Positions 23,153 through 32,795 of a stretch of DNA of 64,000 nt are shown here, piece after piece. Both the position numbers and the translations under genes were made by a program. The stretch is from a virus (taxonomy: Duplodnaviria > Caudoviricetes): IMG/VR virus record IMGVR_UViG_3300021256_000074, positions 37,101 to 101,100 of that record, one strand, 5' to 3'. The notes under the pieces are model-generated. The model was not told where the DNA came from. It ran no database searches and was given only the letters and a program-made list of their open reading frames with translations. Position 1 is the first letter of the stretch. Every line of letters starts with the position of its first letter.

Positions 23153-24661
23153 ATGAATAATAGTTTACTTAATAATCTCCAGTTGTATCGCGGACGTCGT
23201 TTCAGCGACCTGGTAGATGAGAATATGATTTCTAACGCCCTGCTGACTAGACCTCATGAGGTGTCTGGCCTCCTTTCGCTGGTATTTGGTACAAAGGACG
23301 ACGGTGTATCTACTGCTATTGACCTTATTACTGGTGGTCTTGGCAAGACAATGATTATTGACAATCGTGAGTTCGAGTGGTCTGTGATGATCGATAGCGA
23401 CCACGCTGTTAACATTCGCTGGGCTAAGGCCAACGGTGTCGAAATCACTTCGGCTAACTACAGCTCTCAGACTGCTGGTGCCAATGGTGCTCCTATCTAC
23501 CTCGCTCTCGAAGAGCGTTGGTTCGGTCCTGGTGCTATTCTGAGCTTTGACGATTATAAATTCCAGGTTCGCGTTAGCGGCACTCCTTATCAGGACGGTA
23601 GCGCTTGGGTTTACGAGTGCTATGTTGTTGACCAGTCGAACGCTGCTTATATTCCTGGTGAGTTCCTGCTCCCTGGCCGTCAGGTAAGCCGTATGGGTTC
23701 TGCCTACGAGGAGTACAGCGATGAGGCTGATATCATCAACTATCAGACTCCCTTTAAGATGCGTAACCAGCTGCAGACTCTGCGTCTGACCTACGATATC
23801 ACGGGTGACGCTTACAGCACTGTTCTGGCTATTGCTCTGAAGGATCCCGAGTCTGGTAAGACTTCTTACCTCTGGAGCGATTATCAGTATTGGATTGCTC
23901 TTCGTGAGTGGAAGAAGCGTGAGGAGAAGGAACTTCTGTTCGGTAAGGGTAACCGTCAGGCCGATGGTACTTATAACCTGAAAGGCACGAACGGACGTCC
24001 TGTTGCCAAGATGTCTGGTCTGTTTGAGCAGATTTCTCCGGCTAACGTTCGTTATTATACTCACCTGACCGCTGAGCTGCTCGAAGACTTCCTCTTCGAC
24101 CTCTGCTACAACCTGCTCGGTACCAATGAGCGCAAGTTCATTGCTCTGACTGGTGAGATGGGTATTCGTGAGTTCGACCGTATCCTGAAGGAGAAGGTTG
24201 CTGGATTCAATCTTATTGACACTACGTTTGTTACTGGTAGCGGTCAGAACCTGACCCTCGGTGGCCAGTTCACCACCTATAAGATGACCAACGGCATTGA
24301 GCTGACCCTCAAGCGTTGCGCTATGTTCGACAACATGGAGCTGTTCCGTCAGCTGCATCCTCTGACTGGTAAACCACTGATGTCTTATACGTTCCTGTTC
24401 GTTGATCTCGGTCAGCGTGATGGTCAGGCTAACGTTGTGAAGGTTTGCCGTAAGGGTCGTGAGTTCGTACAGTGGTACACTGGTGGTTCTGTAGCCCCCA
24501 ACGGTTATGCTAACAGCATCACTACGCTGCGTTCTAACAGCCGTGATGGTTACCAGGTTCACTTCCTCGGTGAGATGGGTATCATGCTTCGCAACCCGCT
24601 GTCTTGCGGCATTCTGTACTGCGACGCTGAAGATACTGAAATCAGCAACGAAGGTATTTGA
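23153..24661 (+). CDS. Major capsid protein, 502 aa
   Basis: Size, position after portal/scaffold, strongest codon bias in the window, no TAG; motifs EFEWSV, FIALTGEMG, GGQFTTY, HPLTGKPLMSY resemble crAss-like MCPs. Confidence 0.9.
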   Translation: MNNSLLNNLQLYRGRRFSDLVDENMISNALLTRPHEVSGLLSLVFGTKDDGVSTAIDLITGGLGKTMIIDNREFEWSVMIDSDHAVNIRWAKANGVEITSANYSSQTAGANGAPIYLALEERWFGPGAILSFDDYKFQVRVSGTPYQDGSAWVYECYVVDQSNAAYIPGEFLLPGRQVSRMGSAYEEYSDEADIINYQTPFKMRNQLQTLRLTYDITGDAYSTVLAIALKDPESGKTSYLWSDYQYWIALREWKKREEKELLFGKGNRQADGTYNLKGTNGRPVAKMSGLFEQISPANVRYYTHLTAELLEDFLFDLCYNLLGTNERKFIALTGEMGIREFDRILKEKVAGFNLIDTTFVTGSGQNLTLGGQFTTYKMTNGIELTLKRCAMFDNMELFRQLHPLTGKPLMSYTFLFVDLGQRDGQANVVKVCRKGREFVQWYTGGSVAPNGYANSITTLRSNSRDGYQVHFLGEMGIMLRNPLSCGILYCDAEDTEISNEGI

Positions 24662-24680
24662 ATTTAAAACAACAATATAA

Positions 24681-24716
24681 TGTATTCGACGGGGGCTTCG
24701 GCCCCCTGCCGATACA
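24681..24716 (+). promoter_or_regulatory. UUCG-capped stem-loop after MCP
   Basis: GGGGGC-TTCG-GCCCCC inside an outer TGTAT/ATACA stem; no U-tract. Confidence 0.7.
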
Positions 24717-24736
24717 CAACGTACTAATTTTATATT

Positions 24737-25489
24737 ATGGTAGTTGAATTAAAAATTAAGAAAAAGAATCCCTGGGCAGGGTTGGTTAAATATAAGGCAT
24801 GTTTTGATTATATTGCTCCTTATTTTACTCGGTCTGGGTCGATATATACGGGTCTTACTCCCGAAGATGAAAAATATTACGAGAAGGTTTTAGGTTATGA
24901 AGACGGCCACCTTTCAAAGACTAGCTCTTTTTGGGATACATTCTGCGTAAAGGTTGGTGCTCGCGGTCTTATTCTTGACGACTCAATTCCTCGCCAGGAG
25001 ATGATTATAAAGTTCCTCAGTGGTCATAAACGTGTGGCTACGTCATTGGACAAGCTTACTGCTGGTAAAGACTACCTTTTGATTAATCGCCAGGCTGAAG
25101 CTATTGAGGCTAATAAGATCAACAAGCTTCGTAGAGATGCTATCAAAGAGTTCGATAAACTGTCTCTTGATCAGATGCGCAAATGTCTGCGCCTGTTTGG
25201 CACAAACGCTGACAGACTTTCAAACGAACTTGTTGAGTCTACACTGTTCAGTATTGTAGACAAGCAGCCTAAGCGTTTCTTCGAGAAATGGGTTGACAAT
25301 AAGACAAAGGAGACAGAATACTTGCTTGAGCAGGCTATTGCAAAAGGTGTAATCCGTAAAGATAAGACACATTACTTCTACGGAAGCGATATGTTTGCAG
25401 ATAGTCTTGAAGACGCAATTGCTTATCTGGACAACAAGAAGAATCAGGACCTGAAGCTTTCGATTATTAACGAAACAGAAAATAAGTGA
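24737..25489 (+). CDS. Conserved crAss head-module protein downstream of MCP, 250 aa
   Basis: Intact ORF without TAG; synteny with the conserved gene that follows MCP in crAss-like phages. Confidence 0.75.
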   Translation: MVVELKIKKKNPWAGLVKYKACFDYIAPYFTRSGSIYTGLTPEDEKYYEKVLGYEDGHLSKTSSFWDTFCVKVGARGLILDDSIPRQEMIIKFLSGHKRVATSLDKLTAGKDYLLINRQAEAIEANKINKLRRDAIKEFDKLSLDQMRKCLRLFGTNADRLSNELVESTLFSIVDKQPKRFFEKWVDNKTKETEYLLEQAIAKGVIRKDKTHYFYGSDMFADSLEDAIAYLDNKKNQDLKLSIINETENK

Positions 25490-25509
25490 TTTAATCACAA
25501 GAATGAGAT

Positions 25510-26256
25510 ATGACGCATAAAGACATATACATTAAATTCATGATAGAATATGACAAGGCTAATGTTACTTCGTCATATCCATCTTTAACAGAATACGAAG
25601 TCGCTACAGTTTTAGATAAAGCTTATAACGCACTTATCGCTCAGAAAATCACTGGTAATAATATAAGACGTTCTGGTTTTGAAACAGACACAAAAGCCAT
25701 ATCTGACTTATAGCCGCTTGTTGTCACACAGAGTGAAAGCTTGGTTGATTCAGAAAACAACGTTGCTAGATATAAACTGCCAACTAACTTCTTATACTTT
25801 ATAAGTGCTAAACTATCAAGGAACGTAAATCCAGATACTCCGATGGACGGAACTAAACAGCGTCCTGTGAACGTAGATTTGGTCACGCACGAAATAGCTG
25901 ACAAGTTTATAATCAGCGATACAAACCTTCCTTGGGTAAAGCAGCCGAAAGCATATATTGAATCTGGTAATATATTTGTTGTATACGATCCTATACAAGA
26001 ACCTAGAACAGATTCGCTGGATGTCACTTATATAAAAACACCCAACAAGTTTGCCAAAGATGAAGCGGACATAAGTCTTACTTATTTTGACTGCAATCCT
26101 GATGACGAAAATCAAGCACGCCTGTTGAAATATAATTTCGAATGCAATGATACCGTTGCAGAAGAGCTTGTAAGTCTTGCGATAGTATTTGCTTTAGAGA
26201 ATATAGAATCACAACGATTGAATAGTAAACTTAACACAAGAGGACTTGAAGCATGA
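25510..26256 (+). CDS. Putative tail ring protein, 248 aa (code 15)
   Basis: Joined by one TAG; EVATVLDKA, GFETDTKAISDL, VTYIKTP, EELVSLAI pattern shared with the next two genes. Confidence 0.7.
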
Positions 26257-27113
26257 CCGAAACTCAAACTAGACAGTTAGGTATTGAATTCGAAAGACGG
26301 GTTCAGACCATGATACCAGAAAGAGAATTAAATAAGTTGGATACGGATACCATCTATTCGTATTTAAACCAATATCAAGACAAATATATACACGAAATAT
26401 ATAGAAGCCTTGACCAAATTCCTTCGGGTACAAAATTATCTGCACATATAGAAAGTATTCTGCAAAGTTTACTTAGCTCTTTTGAAATAAATCGTTCACA
26501 GGAAAACACTTGGGTTTTTGGAGATAATTTTCCAATAGAGCTTCAATAGAGTGGTGCTGTAATAGATCTCAATGGAGTAAATCTGATAGATACCGCAAGA
26601 TCTATTACGTTTGTTCTTCCTGAAGACTTCTATATGTACGTGAGAAGTGTATCTAAAGTAGACAAGACATTTAGCTTTAGAGGTGCTCACGACAGCGAAA
26701 AGAACATAAGAATACTCCCAAATCAGTTGGTATCACAAAATGAAGTGTGGAAGCTTATAGAAACGCCCCATAATACCCTTAGGATATTGAGATATCCTGC
26801 AGCAGTGTTGAACGTCAAGCAGCAAGATAAACCAGTAATTTCTATAATTCACGATCAGTATACAAATATAACTGGCATAAAAGTAATATATTACAAGCAG
26901 CCTAGACATTTTAGTATACTGACAGGAGTTACTTGTGAACTTCCTATGGATGCTTTTGACGATATTGTGAGCGGTGCAGTAGATCTTTATGTGCAATATG
27001 TTGCTGGAGCAGAGGCTCGAAAGAGAGAAATGCAGCAGCAAGCTTAGAAGAGAGCACGTGAAGATCAGCGCGATGCTCGTCGTAGCGGTGGTAATCAAGA
27101 TGAACAGTCATGA
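26253..27113 (+). CDS. Putative tail ring protein, 286 aa (code 15)
   Basis: ATG overlaps upstream TGA; DTIYSYLNQYQ, IYYKQP, CELPMDAFDDIVSGAV; TGA 27111-27113. Confidence 0.7.
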
Positions 27114-27799
27114 GGTGCATAGATTTAATAGCTGCGTTGGAAATAGAAATAAACAAACTAGACAACGCGATTGAAAAACCTGTCACCGACGATTCCGTAT
27201 ATTGGCTCAATCAAGCTATTTTTAAATTTGTAAAAGATAGATTCAACGGCAACGCTCCAAAAAGAACCTCGTACGAGCAAAATGAGAAGCGTACACGCGA
27301 TCTTATAAACTTACTGAAGGAGGATAAAGCCCAGGAGTTTATAATCGATTAGAGCCACGTTAATTACGATTCCTACGAATACGATTATCCGCAAGATATG
27401 ATGTTTGTTTTAAACGAAGACGTCGTTATTTCAGATACAGATGATAACAACCTCATGGACACTTGTGTATTTGAATGTACAGCAGACAATTTTATGTATA
27501 GAATAAACAACAGTCTGACGGATTTTCATTACAGACATCATCGTGCAAGACCGCTTAGAGTTCGTACAAAAGACGGATTTCGTCTATTGACAGATAAGAA
27601 ATATAAGATACATGGTTATACTCTTGGGTATTTAAAAGTTCCTGAAGAAATAATAGGGAACGACCCACAAAAAGACTATAACGACTTTGAATACCATACT
27701 TGGGTAGAGATAATAAAGATCGCCGCTCAGATGTATATAGAAAATCAATCTGATCCACGATACAAGACTATATCTGCCGAAGTTTTAACACAAGAATAA
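27110..27799 (+). CDS. Putative tail ring protein, 229 aa (code 15)
   Basis: YWLNQA, SYEQNEKRTRDL, GYLKVP, EIIKIAA; one TAG; ends TAA. Confidence 0.7.
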
Positions 27800-27874
27800 T
27801 TTAAACGTGGAAACCCCAGCTAGTTAGGTCTAGCCTTGTGTATAGGGGGAGTAGAATAAATTAATTTAAACAAT

Positions 27875-28915
27875 ATGATTACATACGTAAATTCAGTATT
27901 TGTTAGCAACAGCACTACTGCTACGCTTGCTACAAGTCTTTCGAACGTGGCCAAGGGCCAGTTCATCATCTGGGATTTTGACCAGAACAAAGCTGCAGAT
28001 AACACCAGCTCTCGTTTCAAGATTGGTATGGGTACCGGTAATACTGCAAAGCAGGTTAATCCTAGCACGGGTGCTATTGCGAATGTTCCCGTAATCAAGT
28101 GGTCTAACTACATCAATGTCGCTGACATTAAAGGTTGGGCTTCTCACAAGTATACCTCTGCTGATGCAGACACCGAGGATGTTGTGACAATCGATTTCAC
28201 TGGCGCTACCAGTCTGATCGGTTCTGGTAAGCTGCTCTCTCAGAAGGGCAAGCGCATCATCGTTCGCCTTACTTTCAAGGATCTGCCCACTCGCTTCCGT
28301 AAGTGGACCGAGTCTTATGAGTATGTTACTGAGGAAGGCGACACCGCTGCTACCATCGCTACTAACATCGCCAACATGATCAACCGTGAGTGGAAGCGCG
28401 CTCGTGTAGTTGCTTCTGCCGCTTCTGGTGTACTTACGCTCACCGCTATGCCTTACGACGATGATAATTCTGTTGATTCGATCAACTGGTATAACAAGGT
28501 TCGCTTCAACGCAAACATCTATTATACTGATCCTGCTGCAGAAGGATGGGAGTCTATCAACAAGCACTTCCCCAAAGGTGTTACTATCACCAAGACTCCT
28601 GGTAAGACCTATCAGGCTTCTGCTAAGCTTGTTCGCGACCGTGAGGCTCAGGCTATGGGTTATGAAGGAATTCTGAACCGTGGTGAGGGTACTTGGCCGA
28701 TTATCAAGCCCGCAATGGAAACCGATCTTAGCAAGAACTACAGTGTTCTTACTCTCGAGTTTGAGAACATGTATCGTGCTGCTGACGACATCTTCCGCAA
28801 GACCAAGCAGACTGTTGAAATCTATGCAGCTACTGCTGGTGTAATTGACGCTATCACCGCTGTTCTTGAAGGTGAGAACGCAATTGCTGCCCAGGTCGAT
28901 AAGACAAAGGAATGA
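27875..28915 (+). CDS. Putative auxiliary capsid protein, 346 aa
   Basis: Same strong codon bias as MCP, no TAG, followed by a terminator; size and position match the crAss auxiliary capsid gene. Confidence 0.7.
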   Translation: MITYVNSVFVSNSTTATLATSLSNVAKGQFIIWDFDQNKAADNTSSRFKIGMGTGNTAKQVNPSTGAIANVPVIKWSNYINVADIKGWASHKYTSADADTEDVVTIDFTGATSLIGSGKLLSQKGKRIIVRLTFKDLPTRFRKWTESYEYVTEEGDTAATIATNIANMINREWKRARVVASAASGVLTLTAMPYDDDNSVDSINWYNKVRFNANIYYTDPAAEGWESINKHFPKGVTITKTPGKTYQASAKLVRDREAQAMGYEGILNRGEGTWPIIKPAMETDLSKNYSVLTLEFENMYRAADDIFRKTKQTVEIYAATAGVIDAITAVLEGENAIAAQVDKTKE

Positions 28916-28921
28916 TTAACT

Positions 28922-28956
28922 AAGCTGGGGTGGGCTACGCCCATCTCAGCTTTTTT
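28922..28956 (+). terminator. Rho-independent terminator
   Basis: AAGCTGGGGTGGGC-TAC-GCCCATCTCAGCTT stem followed by a T-run. Confidence 0.9.
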
Positions 28957-28967
28957 ATTTTAATATT

Positions 28968-29675
28968 ATGAAGATAAGATTAGGAAACGATATTAGACTT
29001 AAGGTTTAGTTGAAGCTCAGCGGAGAACAAGACTACGCCAATATAGTCCACATAAGAGCTTTCTTTATTAATACAACCCTTAAAGATAAATTCGAGCAGG
29101 ATTATATTAAAAAGAATAGATTCATTGGAAGATTTCCTATCGAACCTTTTGTAGACGAATTTGAGCCTACTGCTTATTGTATAAACTCCACAGGGTATCC
29201 TAGGTACCGTGCCTACGTGTTGAATGAATTCCGTGGTTACGGTGTACATCCAAATTGGAAGAAATGCTTTCCCATAACAGACGTAAAGCTTACGGAATGT
29301 ATGGGACAAGTAAGCTTCACAAAGGATCCTCGTGTAGTTACCGTCTTATTTCCTGCAAGTGCCCAAAGATACCCAGGTGTGTATCAATTGCTGGTTGTTG
29401 CGGATATTGCCGACAGTTCTTATCCGAGAGGTGTGAGAACAGTTACTGTCAATTATAATAACATATTTGAATTGGTATCCGATTCTGAGGAATGTGATGC
29501 TGATTATAACACACAAATAGAGATAAACAGTGATTCTGAACTCGGTCCGGTGCAAGATTTTTATGTTGTCAGTGGTTATTACAACGACGATAATATAGTT
29601 CTTCAACGAAACGACGAAGGTGGTAAAATCAACATAGACGTTAGCCCCATAAGCGGTTGGTATGAAAGAGAGTAA
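28968..29675 (+). CDS. Hypothetical beta-rich virion protein, 235 aa (code 15)
   Basis: MKIRLGNDIRLKV(Q)LKL... extends track ORF 29010; TAA overlaps the holin ATG. Confidence 0.7.
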
Positions 29676-30202
29676 TGCCTATGATGCCGATATTAACCTC
29701 TATAGGAAATATGTTCGAAGGACTATCTGGCGGTACCTTCTTTGGTAAATTGTGTATCGCAGTAGGTAGTATACTCACCGCATTTTATTCTCCAATCGCC
29801 GCACTACTCGTATGCTGTTTTGCATTCACTGCAACAGATATGTTTTACGGGATAAAAGTAGCCCGTAAACATAAGAAAAAGATAACGAGTAATAAGAGTT
29901 GGAAGGGCACATTAACTAAGTTAGTAGATGAATGGGTTATCATATCTCTCGCTCGTCTGTTGGAAATGTCAGTGCTTGATGAACAAGGGGTGTTTGTATT
30001 GACAGGCGGAGCCACAGTAATAGTAGGTCTTACTGAATTGTGGTCGATACTTGAAAATCTTAACACATTAAATCCAAACGGACCTTGGAAAGCATTAGGT
30101 AAATTCCTTAAGAAAAAAGGTGAAGATTATATAGGAACAGAAATAGATTTAAATGATGTCGATACTAAAGTGGATAGTAACGAATCGGAAAAGCCTGTTT
30201 AA
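29675..30202 (+). CDS. Holin (phage holin 4-like), 175 aa
   Basis: Several hydrophobic segments; DMFYGIKVA...ITSNKSWKG and TELWSILENL motifs; charged C-terminus. Confidence 0.8.
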   Translation: MPMMPILTSIGNMFEGLSGGTFFGKLCIAVGSILTAFYSPIAALLVCCFAFTATDMFYGIKVARKHKKKITSNKSWKGTLTKLVDEWVIISLARLLEMSVLDEQGVFVLTGGATVIVGLTELWSILENLNTLNPNGPWKALGKFLKKKGEDYIGTEIDLNDVDTKVDSNESEKPV

Positions 30203-30806
30203 GGCCATTCTCGGCCTCTCTGTTGGGCTTTTATTAGCTTGGGGTGTAACTCTAAGCAAACAAAATAAAAAGCTGTCAGAAAGCCTAGAATTGGCTTAGA
30301 ATAACATTGAGGCCTATCAAGGAGTTTTAAACGACTCTTGGTAGGCCAATAATGTTTTAAAGCTGGATATCGAATAGTTACAGAATTGCAACGATAAACT
30401 GCTACATTAGCTAGATAGTGTACGAGAAAAGTTAAAAATAAAACCAAAGCAGGTAAATACTGCTGCAACTCAAATGTAGACTATACTCGTTAATGATAGT
30501 AAGGGGGTAGGTGGTGATTTAGTAGAAATATTAAAAGATACTACTTATACAGATACTATTAAGTATAACGATCTTACCTCAGTGTTTTATACTATAGGTA
30601 GAGATACAGTAAACATAGGTATTGATCTAAAGAATACTCAATACTTATATACGTATACTACTAAAGAGTACAAGAATAAGAAAAACTTCTTTAAGAGATT
30701 AATTACATTAGATTTTAAGAAGGTTTAGAAGACTGAATATAAGATAGTAAATACAAACGATCTTCTTAAAACATGTGACGTAAGAGTTGTTGAATCAAAC
30801 AAATAA
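30153..30806 (+). CDS. Putative inner-membrane spanin-like protein, 217 aa (code 15), absent from ORF track
   Basis: N-terminal TM (AILGLSVGLLLAWGVTL), then coiled coil; overlaps the holin end; six TAGs; TAA 30804-30806. Confidence 0.6.
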
Positions 30807-30810
30807 ACGA

Positions 30811-31530
30811 ATGGCGAAGATTTCATTAAAAACGATAACAGATGATATTCTTCTCCTTGTAAGAAACAATAATATTAGCGAGAGTGAAGATCTTTCTAGA
30901 GCATAGATTCACGCATGGGTAAAAGCATATAGGCACAATATATGGAAGGATGAGAAGGACCGCAAAAAGCTATTGGCTATACAGAATAAAATAGACTGGG
31001 ACGAGCTGATAGATGACGAATATATAAAGAAGATAGAAACAGGTCCTATGCACCTTAAACCCGTAGAATCTCCTTCCGGAGAGCCTACTTACACAAAAGT
31101 TACCGAAGACGCCTTAGAAGGTGTACTCAACAACAATGAGATAGGTATACTTGCTATACACGACGAAAACGGAGAAAATATACAATATATGAACCACATT
31201 CGTCGTAATTACAATTACTGGAGAAAATATACATTTGGAGACATGACCGCGTATTATAAAGACGACGGTCATATTTACGTTTAGGGACTTGTCGATAAAG
31301 GCCAGCTTGAATACATATATGTATTGTGGCTGAAAGAGGTCGATGAAGATGAGGAAGATGAAGACCTAGACGAAGACGATATACAGATTCCTGCGTGGAT
31401 GGTTCCCCGCATAAAGGATCTGATTATGAAAAACGAACTTGCTTTCATGCTTAACAGACCTAGTGATGATAGCAACAATGCTACGTTGGCGAGTGTAAAA
31501 CCGCACGGACCGCAAGATGATGAAGAGTAA
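30811..31530 (+). CDS. Putative tail ring protein, 239 aa (code 15)
   Basis: MAKISLKTITDDILLLVRNNNISESEDLSRA(Q)IHAW...IPAWMVPRIKDLIMKNEL; two TAGs; ends TAA. Confidence 0.7.
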
Positions 31531-31963
31531 AAAATCATATACTTTTAGAGACATGTATAAAAACATGCCCATAGACGTAGATTACGACGTCTACAAGCGC
31601 GTATTAGATGAGATGTGTAAAGTTATACTAGAACACGTCTTAGAGCGCTCAGAAGGCTTTAAAATGCCTTATGGGCTTGGTTTTATACAAATAGGTAAAT
31701 ACAGACCAAAGACAATGTCCGAAGACTCTTTATCTGTAGATTATAAAGCCAGCAAAGAATACGATAAAAAGATATATCATCTGAACGAACATTCTGATGG
31801 ATATAAATATAGATTATACTGGTCTAAGATACCAAGAACGTTCCCAGACAGATATAAGTACCAACTAAACATGGTTAGGCAAAACAAAAGGAAGCTGGCA
31901 CAATTAATATTTAATAGACACGATTATATAGATATAAATGATATACAATTATACAAGGTGTGA
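31517..31963 (+). CDS. IHF/HU-like DNA-binding protein (crAss-type), 148 aa
   Basis: Basic protein with FKMPYGLGFIQI and HLNEHSDGYKYRLYW; lies just before the tail-tube/muzzle genes as in crAss-like phages. Confidence 0.75.
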   Translation: MMKSKKSYTFRDMYKNMPIDVDYDVYKRVLDEMCKVILEHVLERSEGFKMPYGLGFIQIGKYRPKTMSEDSLSVDYKASKEYDKKIYHLNEHSDGYKYRLYWSKIPRTFPDRYKYQLNMVRQNKRKLAQLIFNRHDYIDINDIQLYKV

Positions 31964-32795
31964 ATCAGTCATAGCTAAGATCATGGCTGATTTAGATTCC
32001 ACAGAAGCACGATAGAGAACTTCTGATATAAAGGAATGGATATTTGAGGCCGTGGATAAGATTGGCGCTCCTATGCAGTATATCAAAAAAGAGTCTGGTG
32101 CAGAAGGCCTGCCTCTTTTAAAAATAGAAGACAATCAAGTTCCTATTCCATCAGACTTAGTTGTGTTAGATGGAGTGGCTTATTCAGAAAACGAAAAAGG
32201 TCCGTGGGTACCAATGCACCCAAATACTAGTATTTTTAGAGAACCTAACAAGACTCCTCATAATCACGAACATCATCAACCGATGCGCTATAAAACAATA
32301 ACTACACAAGGTTAGTTGTATACAGAGAATGGAGTTAGGTTTGCAGAGAAACTTGTACCAAATGCAGATAAACCAGAGTACTTTATAAAGCCTGGCTGGC
32401 TTGTTACAAACAAGAGAAACGGATATATAAAGCTTGCATATAAAGCAGTTGCGGTAGATGAGAGAGGTTATCCTTTAATACCAGACTCTGCTTCTTACCA
32501 AGAAGCTATATACTGGTACGTCACTATGAAGCTTATATACCCAAAGCTGTTAAAAGGTACCCTTGGTGGAAGGGGCGTCAATACAGGATTTAATCTATAC
32601 AATGACGCCAGAATGCAGTGGAACTTCTATAGAAATCAAGCATATGCTGAAGCTATGATGCCTACGGCAGATGATATGCAAAACATAAAGAATGATTGGC
32701 ATAAATTAATCCCAGAGTGGGATGCAAACGAAACATTCTTTAAAGATATAAATAAATAGCAAGATATATATACGGATTACTATTATGGATATTAA
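31938..32795 (+). CDS. Tail tubular/ring protein (portal-proximal adaptor type), 285 aa (code 15)
   Basis: MIYNYTRCESVIAKI...EWIFEAVDKIG...DERGYPLIPD...EAIYWYV; three TAGs; TAA 32793-32795. Confidence 0.75.

Noticed and set aside
23165-24562. 465-aa minus-strand ORF opposite MCP (also 27893-28567, 2230-3084, 20099-20860)
   Set aside because: Antisense shadows of strongly codon-biased plus-strand genes; no recognisable protein features.
16308-24661. Introns or inteins in terL, portal or MCP
   Set aside because: All three read continuously at expected lengths under code 15, with no homing-endonuclease or intein motifs.
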